Source: Thermoplasmata archaeon
Lineage (GTDB): Archaea; Thermoplasmatota; Thermoplasmata; Lutacidiplasmatales; UBA184
DNA length: 64,000 nt
Reading direction: 5' to 3'
Assembly (NCBI GenBank): GCA_049584655.1
Contig: JBAUYF010000038.1
Location: 5,524-69,523 of the forward strand
In this document: positions 1-9,460 of the stretch, one piece after another
Layout of the letters: the number at the start of each line of letters is the position of its first letter
Numbering within the stretch: the stretch's first letter is position 1
Notes under the pieces: model-generated
What the model saw: the letters and a program-made list of their open reading frames with translations, nothing else
What the model was told of the DNA's origin: nothing
The model's database searches: none
Program-made: the position numbers and the translations under genes

Positions 1-812
1 GCAGAATAGCCTACGAAATTCAACGCACGCCGGCCTTGCTACGACACGTAGGAGTGAACTCCCCGCCCTCCGGTCCTAGGGGAATCAGATCGACTCATGT
101 CGATACGCTCAAACAGAATCTGGCGTGGAGCCCGGCCACATTCGCAATTTATTTCAACGCATTACGGCGATTTCTGCGTTGGGCGCGGAATCCCCTCGCA
201 TCAGATCGCGGAGTTTGGGCGGTACCAGCCGAGACGACGGGTCGAAGGAGATGGCTCACGCCCGAGCAACTGGCCCGCCTGTATCGAGCCGCACGGGGTC
301 GCGAACGAATTCTTGTCGCGTTGGAAGGTTTCAACGGATTACGTCGCGTGGAAGTGTTACGATTGCGAGCCAGGGACATCGACTTCGAGCGGCAACGTTT
401 GCACGTCCTAGGGAAGGGCAAGAACGGAGGCAAGTGGCGGACCCTTCCAATGTTCTCCGAAACCTCGAGAGTGCTACAGACGGTCTCGGCGAGTGGGGGC
501 CAGAACGCAATGGTAGTCCCGCTATCGCAATCCGGTGCGGACCTCGTCCTTCATCGCGTGGCCACTCGGGCGGGATTCCCAGGTCTCGGTCTGCGAGTTT
601 CGCATCACGATCTTCGGCGGACGTTCGGGCGCCTCGCGCACAAAGCCGGCATGGACCTCGTCCAACTGAAGAATCTCTATGGCCACACGTCGCTGGATCA
701 AACCGTGCATTACATCGGCCTGGACGAAGACGAGATGCGAGCTGGCCTCGATCGGCTTGCAACGCTGATAGGCCCATTACTTGGACCAGGGGAGTCAACC
801 AACGTTCCATAG
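1..812 (+). CDS. Tyrosine recombinase / phage-type integrase, catalytic domain (5'-partial, runs off window start)
   Basis: The frame is open from the window edge. The C-terminal region carries the RHRY catalytic signature (HHDLRRTFG and LYGHTSLDQTVHY), typical of XerC/XerD/phage integrases. Confidence 0.75.
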   Translation, partial: RIAYEIQRTPALLRHVGVNSPPSGPRGIRSTHVDTLKQNLAWSPATFAIYFNALRRFLRWARNPLASDRGVWAVPAETTGRRRWLTPEQLARLYRAARGRERILVALEGFNGLRRVEVLRLRARDIDFERQRLHVLGKGKNGGKWRTLPMFSETSRVLQTVSASGGQNAMVVPLSQSGADLVLHRVATRAGFPGLGLRVSHHDLRRTFGRLAHKAGMDLVQLKNLYGHTSLDQTVHYIGLDEDEMRAGLDRLATLIGPLLGPGESTNVP

Positions 813-942
813 GGGCGAAGGCGCGAGCCCTGAGCGGCCCGGCAGTTCGGGAAGTTTCGCCGAGCGGGGGGTGGGCGATGGGTTGAGCTCCCGGCGGTCC
901 TCTGGGGTACACTTTGAGTATCGGCCGCCATTGGCCCGCGTC

Positions 943-1824
943 ATGAGGGTCATCCTTGACCATACAGCTCGCAAGGGTGCGATCCGGGGCGACCGAGCCT
1001 GGGCTTTCTTCTGCGGTACCAAACTATCCCCTGAGGGCGACGAAGGATTCTGGGGATTCGCTAACTGGCTCTGGAACGCGCTGGCCAAGAAGACCGGTAA
1101 TCTCAATCGGGACTCGAGAGGACCCGTGATCGTATCGATCCCTGAGCTCGAGCCCGCCGCGATGGACTTTGTCGCCCGACTGGTCTCTTTCTGGTCCACG
1201 GATGTACGGGAACGGAGAGGCCGCACCCTTTCCGGGAATCGCTGGCGCGCGCCGGTAGTGAACGTCCTCAACGACCAGGCGAGGGAGGGAGCGGAGAAGA
1301 CGCTCGTCCGGGAGACCGATGCGGATGGGTCGACCGAATTGAACTTGATGCCCTTGCTTGGTCCCGGGCGGGCATTCTTCAGCGTCCAGGTCATCGAGAA
1401 GGGTGGCGTGACGGCGCGCATGCACAGCCACTCGGCCGTGGACGAGTACTACCTGATTCTCGAAGGAAAGGGCACCCTCCGATACAACGGACGAGCCGTC
1501 CCGGTCAAGAGAGGCGACATCATCGGGAAACCCACCGGCCCGGACGCTGCCACGCACCTCCTCGCCAATCGGGGCGAGCGGTTGCGCATTCTAGATATGG
1601 AGATCTGGCACGAGCGCTTCACTGGAACCCCGACCACGGCGAAGGACATCATCTACTGGCCCGACACCGCGGAGGTCTACATGCGAGGGCCCGGTTGGGG
1701 AGCGCTCATCCCGCGAGATGCGATGGTGTCGACCACTGACTTGGAGACCCACTGGAGCGAAGCGTATCGCCGTACCAAGGACGGGAAGCGGAGAATCACC
1801 AAGTCCCGGGCCTGGACCAAGTAG
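943..1824 (+). CDS. Cupin domain protein (RmlC-like cupin fold, C-terminal)
   Basis: ATG at 943 (MRVILDH...). The C-terminal half has the cupin motif HSHSAVDEYYLILEGKG...VKRGDIIG. The tracked ORF start at 781 overlaps the integrase end and is probably a spurious extension. Confidence 0.6.
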   Translation: MRVILDHTARKGAIRGDRAWAFFCGTKLSPEGDEGFWGFANWLWNALAKKTGNLNRDSRGPVIVSIPELEPAAMDFVARLVSFWSTDVRERRGRTLSGNRWRAPVVNVLNDQAREGAEKTLVRETDADGSTELNLMPLLGPGRAFFSVQVIEKGGVTARMHSHSAVDEYYLILEGKGTLRYNGRAVPVKRGDIIGKPTGPDAATHLLANRGERLRILDMEIWHERFTGTPTTAKDIIYWPDTAEVYMRGPGWGALIPRDAMVSTTDLETHWSEAYRRTKDGKRRITKSRAWTK

Positions 1825-1889
1825 GGGCGGTGCGATGCCGGGGGTGAGCACAAGGGGTGCTTGCCAATAGCCGAGGCGGGGAGTCCCCC

Positions 1890-2306
1890 CTAGCGCTTGC
1901 TTGAGCTGGAGATGTCCCGCGAGATGCGCCACGTACCGTCGGGTTTGCGCACGTAGACTATCAGGAACTTGCCTTCGTCGTTTATTCGAGCGGATTCCGC
2001 CGCCTCGAGGACCATCCGATAAGTGCCGACTTCGATCGCGACGTCGTCGAGGATTCGAAGGTCCTCCGTTTCCACCGCGAACTCCCGGATCCGCGAGGAG
2101 GTCAGCCAGCTCGCGAAGAGCTTCTCAATGGCGCCAATCCCTCGGCAGAGGTCGGAGGTCTGGGGGACTACGATCGCCTCCTCATCGTAGTGGGCGACCA
2201 GCCCCGCCACATCGCTTCGGCGCATGGCGGCGATGAAACCGTTATGAGCCGCCTCGATGGCCCGTCGCGCTCTCTCGACTGACTCTCCCGTCGGCGCCTG
2301 ACTCAA
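1890..2306 (-). CDS. SnoaL-like / NTF2-like domain protein (DUF4440 / ketosteroid isomerase-like)
   Basis: 138 aa. Its residue pattern (EAAHNGFIAAMRRSD...AHYDEEAIVV...GKFLIVYVRKPDGTWRI) matches NTF2-like fold proteins. Confidence 0.55.
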   Translation of the reverse strand: MSQAPTGESVERARRAIEAAHNGFIAAMRRSDVAGLVAHYDEEAIVVPQTSDLCRGIGAIEKLFASWLTSSRIREFAVETEDLRILDDVAIEVGTYRMVLEAAESARINDEGKFLIVYVRKPDGTWRISRDISSSSKR

Positions 2307-2470
2307 CGGTCCACCATCCTTGGAGGGGCTTCGACCGCAAGATGGGTGCGCCGTAGATTAGCTTCTGGTTCCCCATTTTGCCGAGGCGTGACCTGAACGA
2401 TGGAAACCAAATCGGCAATTGCGCCGCCCCCCCATTCTGTCGCAACTCGACCCGATCTCGAGATCGAGAA

Positions 2471-2872
2471 CTACTTCGCGGAGAGATAGGCACGGAGCGG
2501 GTCCCAATAGGACTTCTTCCAGCCCGATGATAGATGCCCCACGTGTTCGGTGGGAACGCGGGAATGCGTGAACGTCACTCGAGTACCCCGAGGCGTCGCA
2601 GCGAGCGAGTAGCGAACTCTCGATTCATGGCCCTCCGGCCACTTCGGGTCGCTCGGGACCCAGGTCTGGTAGATGGTCTTGCCCGGCACGAGCTTGAGAT
2701 TCTTGCCGTGAATGTACCCGCCCCACGCCATGAACGTGCCCCCGACCTTCGGGCTGATACGCGCCTTGGTTTTGGTGAATGCCACGTGCCGCTTCGTCGT
2801 CATCAACGCGTCGTACACCTGACGGGGGGTTCCGGGAAGGTTGACGGTTTGTCGAATCGATGCGACTTTCAT
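2471..2872 (-). CDS. SRPBCC family protein (Activator of Hsp90 ATPase homolog / polyketide cyclase-like)
   Basis: 133 aa. The AHSA1-type pattern begins MKVASIRQTVNLPGTPRQVYDALMT... Confidence 0.6.
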   Translation of the reverse strand: MKVASIRQTVNLPGTPRQVYDALMTTKRHVAFTKTKARISPKVGGTFMAWGGYIHGKNLKLVPGKTIYQTWVPSDPKWPEGHESRVRYSLAATPRGTRVTFTHSRVPTEHVGHLSSGWKKSYWDPLRAYLSAK

Positions 2873-3029
2873 GGATTGCCCTCGAACGACCCAACAATTC
2901 TCGCGTCATAAGTGGGAGGACGGCGCGCCCACGTAATGACGGCGGGCCCTCAACGCCTGTGCTCGCGGGAACGCACCTCCGCCACAATGGCGGGGGCCTC
3001 CGTTCAAGATCACACCCGACGAGATCGCG

Positions 3030-3998
3030 TTACATCGTAATGACAATCTTGCCGCGCGCGTGCCCTTCGATCAGGTATCGGAGAGCTTCCGGGACTTGCC
3101 CGAACGAGAAGCGCTTGTCGATCCGGGGGGTAAGTTTCCCCGCGTCGATGAACTCCTTAAGGGCAACCAACTCGGGCTTCCGGACCGACGCAATGAAGAA
3201 AGCCGCGCGAGGGCCGAACAGACGGGTGCCCAGCATGCCTTTGAAAATCAGTTTGGGAAGAAGTTTCCCCACCGAGCCGGGCCCGGCGCCGACGACCACG
3301 AGGAGTCCGCCGGGGTTGAGCGCGCGACGGTATGCTGCGAGAGAATGGTTGAGTTGCGTGTCGAAGATGACGTCAAATCGTTCCCCGCTTTTTGTAAAGT
3401 CCTCGCACGTGTAGTCGAAGGCTCGCTCGACCCCGAGGAACTTGTTCCAATCGACCATGGCAGTGCTGCAGACGCAGCTCACCTGGGCGCCGAGGGCCAG
3501 TGCGATTTGCACGGCGAAGGTCCCGACTCCCCCCGACGCACCGTTGATCAAGACTCGCTGACCTGGTCTGACTTTGGCCTTGTCGCGGAGACCTTGTAGC
3601 GCCGTGACGGCCGCAATGGGAACTGCGGCGGCCTCCTCGAACGTCAATCGCGTTGGCTTCGGTCCGACCTCAACCTGGTCGGAAACTGCATACTCGGCGT
3701 ACGCGCCACGACCAACACCGAAGACCTCGTCACCCACATGCAAGTCCTTCACGCCAGTCCCAACGGCTTCAACTCGACCGGCGAGGTCGATCCCAGCCCG
3801 CCCTTCCTTTGGTTTGAAGAATCCGCGCCCCTTCCTTAGGAGGAACGGCATTTTCAAATTGTGTCGGTCTGCGGCATTCACCGAAGAAGCGCGAACCCGT
3901 ACCAGGACCTCCTGGTCGTCCCGGAACGCAGGAAGGGGAACTTCACGAAGCTCCAGAACTTCGGGCCCGCCGTATCGTTCAAAGGCCCACGCCTTCAT
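3030..3998 (-). CDS. NADPH:quinone oxidoreductase / zinc-type alcohol dehydrogenase superfamily (MDR)
   Basis: MKAWAFERYGGPEVLELREV...VLVRVRASSVNAADRH..., with the Rossmann motif INGASGGVGTFAVQIA. The start was moved to the ATG at 3998 (MKAWAF). Confidence 0.8.
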   Translation of the reverse strand: MKAWAFERYGGPEVLELREVPLPAFRDDQEVLVRVRASSVNAADRHNLKMPFLLRKGRGFFKPKEGRAGIDLAGRVEAVGTGVKDLHVGDEVFGVGRGAYAEYAVSDQVEVGPKPTRLTFEEAAAVPIAAVTALQGLRDKAKVRPGQRVLINGASGGVGTFAVQIALALGAQVSCVCSTAMVDWNKFLGVERAFDYTCEDFTKSGERFDVIFDTQLNHSLAAYRRALNPGGLLVVVGAGPGSVGKLLPKLIFKGMLGTRLFGPRAAFFIASVRKPELVALKEFIDAGKLTPRIDKRFSFGQVPEALRYLIEGHARGKIVITM

Positions 3999-4166
3999 CG
4001 TGCCCGGCAAACTGGCCGTGGATGTTGACGCGTCGGGCACAGCTGCGGGATGTAGCGGGGGTATTCTAGTCCTTGGGTACGTATCACTGAGGGAACAAAC
4101 TGGCCACGCGGTGGCAAGGGCGAGAGATTACCTAGGACCGCGGGTCTCGCGGGTGCGGAGTAAGAC

Positions 4167-5966
4167 ATGGATGCCCAATCTTCGCCGATCAATCGGCTCC
4201 GGGCGTGGCTCGAATATCCCATGTCGAGCGGACCCGCAGTTTCCGCGGATGCAAAATGGTTGTATTTCATTTCGAATCGGGGCGGCATCCCACAAGCGTG
4301 GGGAGCGCCAATGGCAGGCGGCGATGCCGTCTGCCTCCACCCGGCTCGCGAGAACGTCGACCGGATCATTGCTTCTCCCGAGGGACCCACTCTGATCCTC
4401 TCCATCGATCGGGGCGGTAACGAACATTGGCAATTGTTTGTCCGTGACGGCGCCGGGAACGACTCGACTCCGCCCCTTCGGGATCTGACGAAGGACGCCG
4501 CCCGGATCCACGAGCCCGGCGCGTGGCGGGATGGGAGTCGATTCGTGTACTCTTCGAATCGCCGGGACGAGCGATTTTTCGACGTGTACGAGCTCGACGC
4601 GATTCGAGGAGGGGAACCGCGCCTTCTGCGGCAGCAGGACGCCTGGACCTCCGTTTTGGCCGCTCAGAAGGTTCGGGTGCTTCTGAGTAGAGCGAACACG
4701 AACCTCGACCATGACCTGATCCTGCTCGCCGGGGAACGCGAAGTACATTTGACGCCCCACTTGGGCGAACTCACAGTCTGGTCTGCGGACTTGGCGGGGG
4801 AAGACGTGCTGGCGGGTGCAAACCCTGATCGAGAGCTCGCCTCGCTGGTGCGCTATCGGCCAGGGAGTGGTCCCGAGGTAATTGGTGAGTTCGAAGCGGA
4901 TGTCGAATTGGTCAAAGGAGAGCCGGGTGGGACTCGCGTCGCTTTCGCGGTGAATCGGAAAGGCTCGAGCGAGCTTCGCGTCTTAGACCTCCGATCGAAC
5001 GAGCAGCACGTTCTGGATATGCCGGGACTCGGCGTCGTCACCTCCATCGCGTGGATTCCGGGCGGCGATGGCTTCGTATTCGCGTTCGACTCCTCCGTGA
5101 CCGGGGCGGAGATTTGGCGTTCCCATCTGTCGTCTGGCGAGTTCCAGCCTCTGACGAAGAGCCCGACCCCCATGCCGGGAACTCCGGTCGAACCATCGCT
5201 TCACACTTTTCATACCGAGGATGGGCTCGACGTTCCATACTGGGATTACACTCCCACTAGGGGGACCATCCGCGGGACGATCGTTAGCGTGCATGGGGGT
5301 CCAGAATCCCAGGCGCGGCCCCGGTTCGAAGGCGGCCTCTATGCCTTTCTCGTCGGGGAAGGGTGGAAAGTCGTCGAGCCGAACGTTCGCGGAAGCACCG
5401 GGTACGGTCGAACGTACGTCCACATGGACGATGTCCGCAAGCGGATGGATTCGGTGCGCGACTTGCGTGACCTGGTTCGAGCTCTCTCGTCGGAGGAAAA
5501 GACCCAGCCCGGCCGGATCGGGATCTTCGGCGGAAGTTATGGAGGATTCATGGTCCTTTCCGCGATCACCACCTACCCGGAGTTGTGGGGCGCCGCGGTT
5601 GAGTTCTTTGGAATATCGAATTTCGTGACCTTCTTAGAGCATACTGGAGCGTGGCGGCGAAAAATACGCGAAGACGAGTACGGCAGTCTCGAACGCGACC
5701 GGGAGTTCCTCGAGGCGATCTCGCCTATTCATCGTGTGGACCGAATTGTCACTCCTCTGCTCGTCGCGCATGGGGAAAATGACCCACGCGTGCCGATCGT
5801 GGAGGCGGAGCAAATCGTCGAGGCGCTCCGCCGGCGCCGGGTTCCCGTCGAATACCTCCGCTACTCAAACGAGGGACACGGGTTCACGAGACTCGAGAAC
5901 CAAATCGATAGTATCGGCCGGACCTCGGAGTTCTTCGCACGATATCTCGGCCCGTCCGCGCCCTAG
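4167..5966 (+). CDS. S9 family serine peptidase (prolyl oligopeptidase / acylaminoacyl-peptidase-like)
   Basis: 599 aa. The N-terminal half is a beta-propeller and the C-terminal half is an alpha/beta hydrolase. It has a GGSYGGF nucleophile elbow and a HGENDPRVP motif. Confidence 0.85.
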   Translation: MDAQSSPINRLRAWLEYPMSSGPAVSADAKWLYFISNRGGIPQAWGAPMAGGDAVCLHPARENVDRIIASPEGPTLILSIDRGGNEHWQLFVRDGAGNDSTPPLRDLTKDAARIHEPGAWRDGSRFVYSSNRRDERFFDVYELDAIRGGEPRLLRQQDAWTSVLAAQKVRVLLSRANTNLDHDLILLAGEREVHLTPHLGELTVWSADLAGEDVLAGANPDRELASLVRYRPGSGPEVIGEFEADVELVKGEPGGTRVAFAVNRKGSSELRVLDLRSNEQHVLDMPGLGVVTSIAWIPGGDGFVFAFDSSVTGAEIWRSHLSSGEFQPLTKSPTPMPGTPVEPSLHTFHTEDGLDVPYWDYTPTRGTIRGTIVSVHGGPESQARPRFEGGLYAFLVGEGWKVVEPNVRGSTGYGRTYVHMDDVRKRMDSVRDLRDLVRALSSEEKTQPGRIGIFGGSYGGFMVLSAITTYPELWGAAVEFFGISNFVTFLEHTGAWRRKIREDEYGSLERDREFLEAISPIHRVDRIVTPLLVAHGENDPRVPIVEAEQIVEALRRRRVPVEYLRYSNEGHGFTRLENQIDSIGRTSEFFARYLGPSAP

Positions 5967-6071
5967 TCGCAAGTCGCTCGCGTGCGCACTGGGCACTACG
6001 GGGTCCAGGCCTTTAGTGCAATTCCAAATCGCCCGCGAGGGAAAAACCCAATCGTCGTGTTGGGTTGCGTC

Positions 6072-6554
6072 TCACCGCAACTCTCGCCAGCCCGCCGAGA
6101 GAACGACGATTCCTACCGCCCACAAGATGAGGGCGACCGCGCCGAGATAATTCAAATGGACCGTAAAGAGCACCAACGTCGGTTCCAACAGGAGGAGGAT
6201 GAGACTCGAGGCAAAGAATCCGTCCGCGCGCGTCTGATAGGCTGTGGCGCGAGACGGGGTCGTCCGCAGCGCTTCCATGACAAACCAATAATTGAGCGAG
6301 GAGAGCGAGATCAGGGTTAGGCTGACGATGATAACCAGTACAGTCCCCTGAAAGAGGAGATTGTTGATGGTCCCGGCGACATCGCGATCGTACAAGAAGA
6401 TCAAAACGAACGTCAAGATGGCAATGCAGGTGCCGCCAAGACCGGCGGTAAGCGACCGGTTCTCATTGGCGTCGTTGTACATGGCCAAGTGCGTCGGATG
6501 GACGCGTCCCTCGGGGTTCGTATCGGGGGCGATCGGCGACGCGTTGGGGTCCAC
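6072..6554 (-). CDS. Hypothetical membrane protein (about 4 TM helices)
   Basis: 160 aa with several long hydrophobic stretches. No recognisable family. Confidence 0.4.
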   Translation of the reverse strand: MDPNASPIAPDTNPEGRVHPTHLAMYNDANENRSLTAGLGGTCIAILTFVLIFLYDRDVAGTINNLLFQGTVLVIIVSLTLISLSSLNYWFVMEALRTTPSRATAYQTRADGFFASSLILLLLEPTLVLFTVHLNYLGAVALILWAVGIVVLSAGWRELR

Positions 6555-6685
6555 GACCTCCCCAGAGGTGCCGGCCTAATCAAGGTCGTGACGGGCGGCC
6601 GACCTGCGGGAGACGTGCGCGTTGAATGGATGGGCGATGCCGCGCTGTGAACTAATGAGCGAGCCGGCTCTCGCGTCCACCTTGC

Positions 6686-7642
6686 ATGGCCCTGCTGCTG
6701 ACGGACCGAGACCTACCACAATGCCTCTCGATGGCGGAAGCAATCGCCGCTATCGAGACGGCATTGAGTGAACGGCGGGATCGAACGGCCGTTTCCCACC
6801 CGCGAACCCACTGGCCGGTGGGAAGCACCGGCTTCACGATCACCCCCGGAGGATTCGAGACCACGGGCGTTCTCGGAATGCGCGTCTACCTCCGAGGAGG
6901 CGGCGCGAACGACCAATTGACCGCTGTTTGGGACTCTTCGAGCCATCGTCTCGAGGGCATCATTGTCGGTTCGGACCTGGGGGCAATCCGAACGGGGGCG
7001 ATCGGTGGCGTGGCGTTCCAGCGACTGGCCCCGGCGGCTGTCACCTCCGCCGCGGTGATCGGAGGGGGTCTTCAAACTCAGACCCAGCTGAGGGCACTCC
7101 TCACTGTACGGCCTACCGTCCGGTCGGTCGCGCTGTACCGGCGGGACCCCGACCGTCGCCGAGTCGCGGCCGAGAGTCTGACGCACGAGTTGGGGATTAA
7201 CGTCTCCCCAGCTCCAAGCGCTGAAGCCGCGGTAGCGGAAGCCGAGGTGGTTGTCCTCGCGACCGATTCGTCAACCCCCGTGGTACAAGCGGACTGGCTG
7301 CGCAGCGGGGCGCACGTAAACTCGCTGGGTCCCAAGTACGTGGCGAATAGCGAGATTGGTCTCGACGTGCTCAACTGGGCGGACCTGCTCGTCTGCGACT
7401 TCCCCGAGGAGTACCGAAGGGAGGAAGACTTCCTTCTCCACGGATCACCGCAGGAGGGTAACATCCTCGACCTCGCCGATCTAGCAGGAGAGCCGATCAG
7501 CCGGCCGCCCGAGAAGAAGACCCTCTTTCTCTCCCATGGACTCGCAGGAACCGAGGTAATGGTCGCTCACCGTGCGATCAAGAATGCGGAACGGCTCGGA
7601 CTCGGAACTCGTATCGCGATTCCGGAGCGTGTTGACACTTGA
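6686..7642 (+). CDS. Ornithine cyclodeaminase / mu-crystallin family protein (also the archaeal alanine dehydrogenase family)
   Basis: 318 aa. The N-terminus (LLLTDRDLPQCLSMAEAIAAIETAL) and a Rossmann-like region fit the OCD/mu-crystallin family. Confidence 0.8.
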   Translation: MALLLTDRDLPQCLSMAEAIAAIETALSERRDRTAVSHPRTHWPVGSTGFTITPGGFETTGVLGMRVYLRGGGANDQLTAVWDSSSHRLEGIIVGSDLGAIRTGAIGGVAFQRLAPAAVTSAAVIGGGLQTQTQLRALLTVRPTVRSVALYRRDPDRRRVAAESLTHELGINVSPAPSAEAAVAEAEVVVLATDSSTPVVQADWLRSGAHVNSLGPKYVANSEIGLDVLNWADLLVCDFPEEYRREEDFLLHGSPQEGNILDLADLAGEPISRPPEKKTLFLSHGLAGTEVMVAHRAIKNAERLGLGTRIAIPERVDT

Positions 7643-7812
7643 TCAGCCGCGACTTTGCCCGCGGGTGCCGATTCCCGAGGGAATGGTCCCCAGCGGATTC
7701 GATTACTGGTTGCTCCGTGATGTCCGAGGGCGGGCGCGACCCTCCGGTGACCGGGTTCGATGATTATCGAGCATAGTCGGCACCCAACGAACGCTAAGGG
7801 AGTGAGATTTCG

Positions 7813-9063
7813 ATGACTCGGACGCCCCTGCGCGCTTCCCTTGAATCCGCTCGGCGCCTCTCGGTGACCAAGCAGCGTCTCGCGGGCCCGCTGCCCGCGC
7901 GAATCACGCCCAGTAGGATACTTTCGGTCGTGCGCGACCTGGCCTACGTTCAGTGGGATCCCATTAGCGTCGTAGCACCCTCCCACATCCTGTCCTTCTG
8001 GGCTCGGCTCGGCGATTTCCGACTCGCTGACCTCGAACGGCTGTTGTGGGAAGATAAGAAGCTCTTCGAACATTGGACGCCGATCGCGTCGATCGTCCTC
8101 TCCGAAGATTATCCTCTCTATCATTCGCTCATGAGTCGATACCCTGACTCGCTCTCTGCTTCTTGGGGAAACCATCGTACACGAACCCAGAAGTTCCTCG
8201 TCGATCGGGCGGGGCTTCGGAAGAAGATGCTCTCGGAGCTTCGGAAGGGACCTCTTCAGATCGGCCAGTTCGCCGATCACCAACGAGGGCGGCGGAGTGA
8301 GGGCGATTGGAGCTCGGGCAGCGATGTCCAGGAGATGCTCTTCCACCTCCTCATGCGGGGGGAGGTGATGGTCGTCGGCCACAGTGGCAACCAGAATATC
8401 TGGGGGCTCTCGGAAGATTTCCTGCCAAGCTGGGTGGATCGAAGGCAGCTCCCCGAAGTTGACGTCGACCGCCAGGCCGCGGAGCGAGCCCTCCGGGCAT
8501 TAGGAACGGCGACCCCGAGCGAGATCCGCTTCTACTACGTGCGGGGTCGCTATCAGCACCTCGATCGGACTTTGGCCCGCCTCGAGGAAGATTCTGTGAT
8601 CCATCCGGTGATCGTGGACGGCGTTCGCGACCGGGAGGTGCGATATGTCCATAACCGGGACCTATCGATGTTGGAATCGATTGGTACGGACGGGTGGGAG
8701 CCCCGACTGTCCTTGATTCCCCCGTTCGACAACATGGTCTACAACCAAGCGCGGGGGAATCGGCTCTTTGGTTTCGACTACATCCGGGAGCAGTTCCTGC
8801 CGAAGGAGAAGCGAAAGTTCGGGACGTACGTTCTTCCCATCGTCTGGGGGGAGAGATTCATTGGCCGGATTGACGCGCGTTTGGACAAACAGAAGGGAGA
8901 ACTCGTGATCAATGCCGTTCACGCAGAGCGGGATGCGCCTGCGGACCGGGAGGTCGGAGTCCGGATCGAGGAGACGATCGATCGCTTAGCGGCATTTGTG
9001 GGAGCAAAACGGGTGACCTATACTTCCCGGGTCCCCACCCCCTGGAGGAGTGCCCTCCGTTGA
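7813..9063 (+). CDS. Winged-helix DNA glycosylase-like protein of the AlkZ/YcaQ family (DUF1006)
   Basis: 416 aa. The N-terminal pattern (LSVTKQRLAG...RDLAYVQWDPISVV...HILSFWARLGDF) resembles the YcaQ/AlkZ interstrand-crosslink glycosylase family. I made this call from memory of the family signature. Confidence 0.5.
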   Translation: MTRTPLRASLESARRLSVTKQRLAGPLPARITPSRILSVVRDLAYVQWDPISVVAPSHILSFWARLGDFRLADLERLLWEDKKLFEHWTPIASIVLSEDYPLYHSLMSRYPDSLSASWGNHRTRTQKFLVDRAGLRKKMLSELRKGPLQIGQFADHQRGRRSEGDWSSGSDVQEMLFHLLMRGEVMVVGHSGNQNIWGLSEDFLPSWVDRRQLPEVDVDRQAAERALRALGTATPSEIRFYYVRGRYQHLDRTLARLEEDSVIHPVIVDGVRDREVRYVHNRDLSMLESIGTDGWEPRLSLIPPFDNMVYNQARGNRLFGFDYIREQFLPKEKRKFGTYVLPIVWGERFIGRIDARLDKQKGELVINAVHAERDAPADREVGVRIEETIDRLAAFVGAKRVTYTSRVPTPWRSALR

Positions 9064-9078
9064 TTGGGGGCGGCTCTC

Positions 9079-9390
9079 TGAGCCAGTGATTCGGCAGGAA
9101 TCACTCCCTTCCGTTACATCGTGCGAGACCCCGCCGATCGCGGACTCCGGCATCGTATTTGCTTGTTCTATGCGAACCGACGCACCGAGGACGCTCCTTT
9201 CATCGCGGAACTTCGGGCCCTCGAACGTGTCAACCCGAAGTATTCGTTCATTCCAAGTTTGACTCAGCCGTCGACTTCGACGAAGGGCTGGTCTGGCGAG
9301 ACGGGCCGACTTGACATGACGATGCGCAACCGCCATGCCGACGATGGCCGGCCTCCCGTCTACTACATCGCGGGGCCCCTACGATTGTGA
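9079..9390 (+). pseudogene. Remnant of an FNR-like oxidoreductase NAD(P)-binding domain (both termini missing)
   Basis: The frame opens directly after a TGA at 9079-9081 with a GITPF-type motif, then LFYANRRTEDAPFIAEL...GETGRL...YYIAGP. Only the NAD-binding half of a ferredoxin-NAD(P) reductase-type protein is present. The FAD-binding and 2Fe-2S parts are absent. It ends prematurely after YYIAGP. Confidence 0.45.
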
Positions 9391-9460
9391 GGGGACTCCA
9401 ACCGATGCTCTCCGACGGTGGAATTGACTCAGCCAGCGTAACTGAACGTCAGTAACCGAC

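Noticed and set aside
5055-5075. tRNA-like T-loop motifs (GTTCGACTCC near 5066; GGGTTTCGATTCC near 43370)
   Set aside because: Both lie inside well-supported protein-coding genes and lack flanking acceptor/D/anticodon stems. No tRNA is called.
7567-8382. 271-aa minus-strand ORF overlapping the AlkZ-like gene, and similar long antisense ORFs (for example 10315-10986, 9626-10051, 34404-35123, 37076-37843)
   Set aside because: Shadow ORFs are typical of GC-rich DNA. They have low-complexity Arg/Pro/Gly-rich composition, no domain signatures, and overlap genes that do have clear family motifs.
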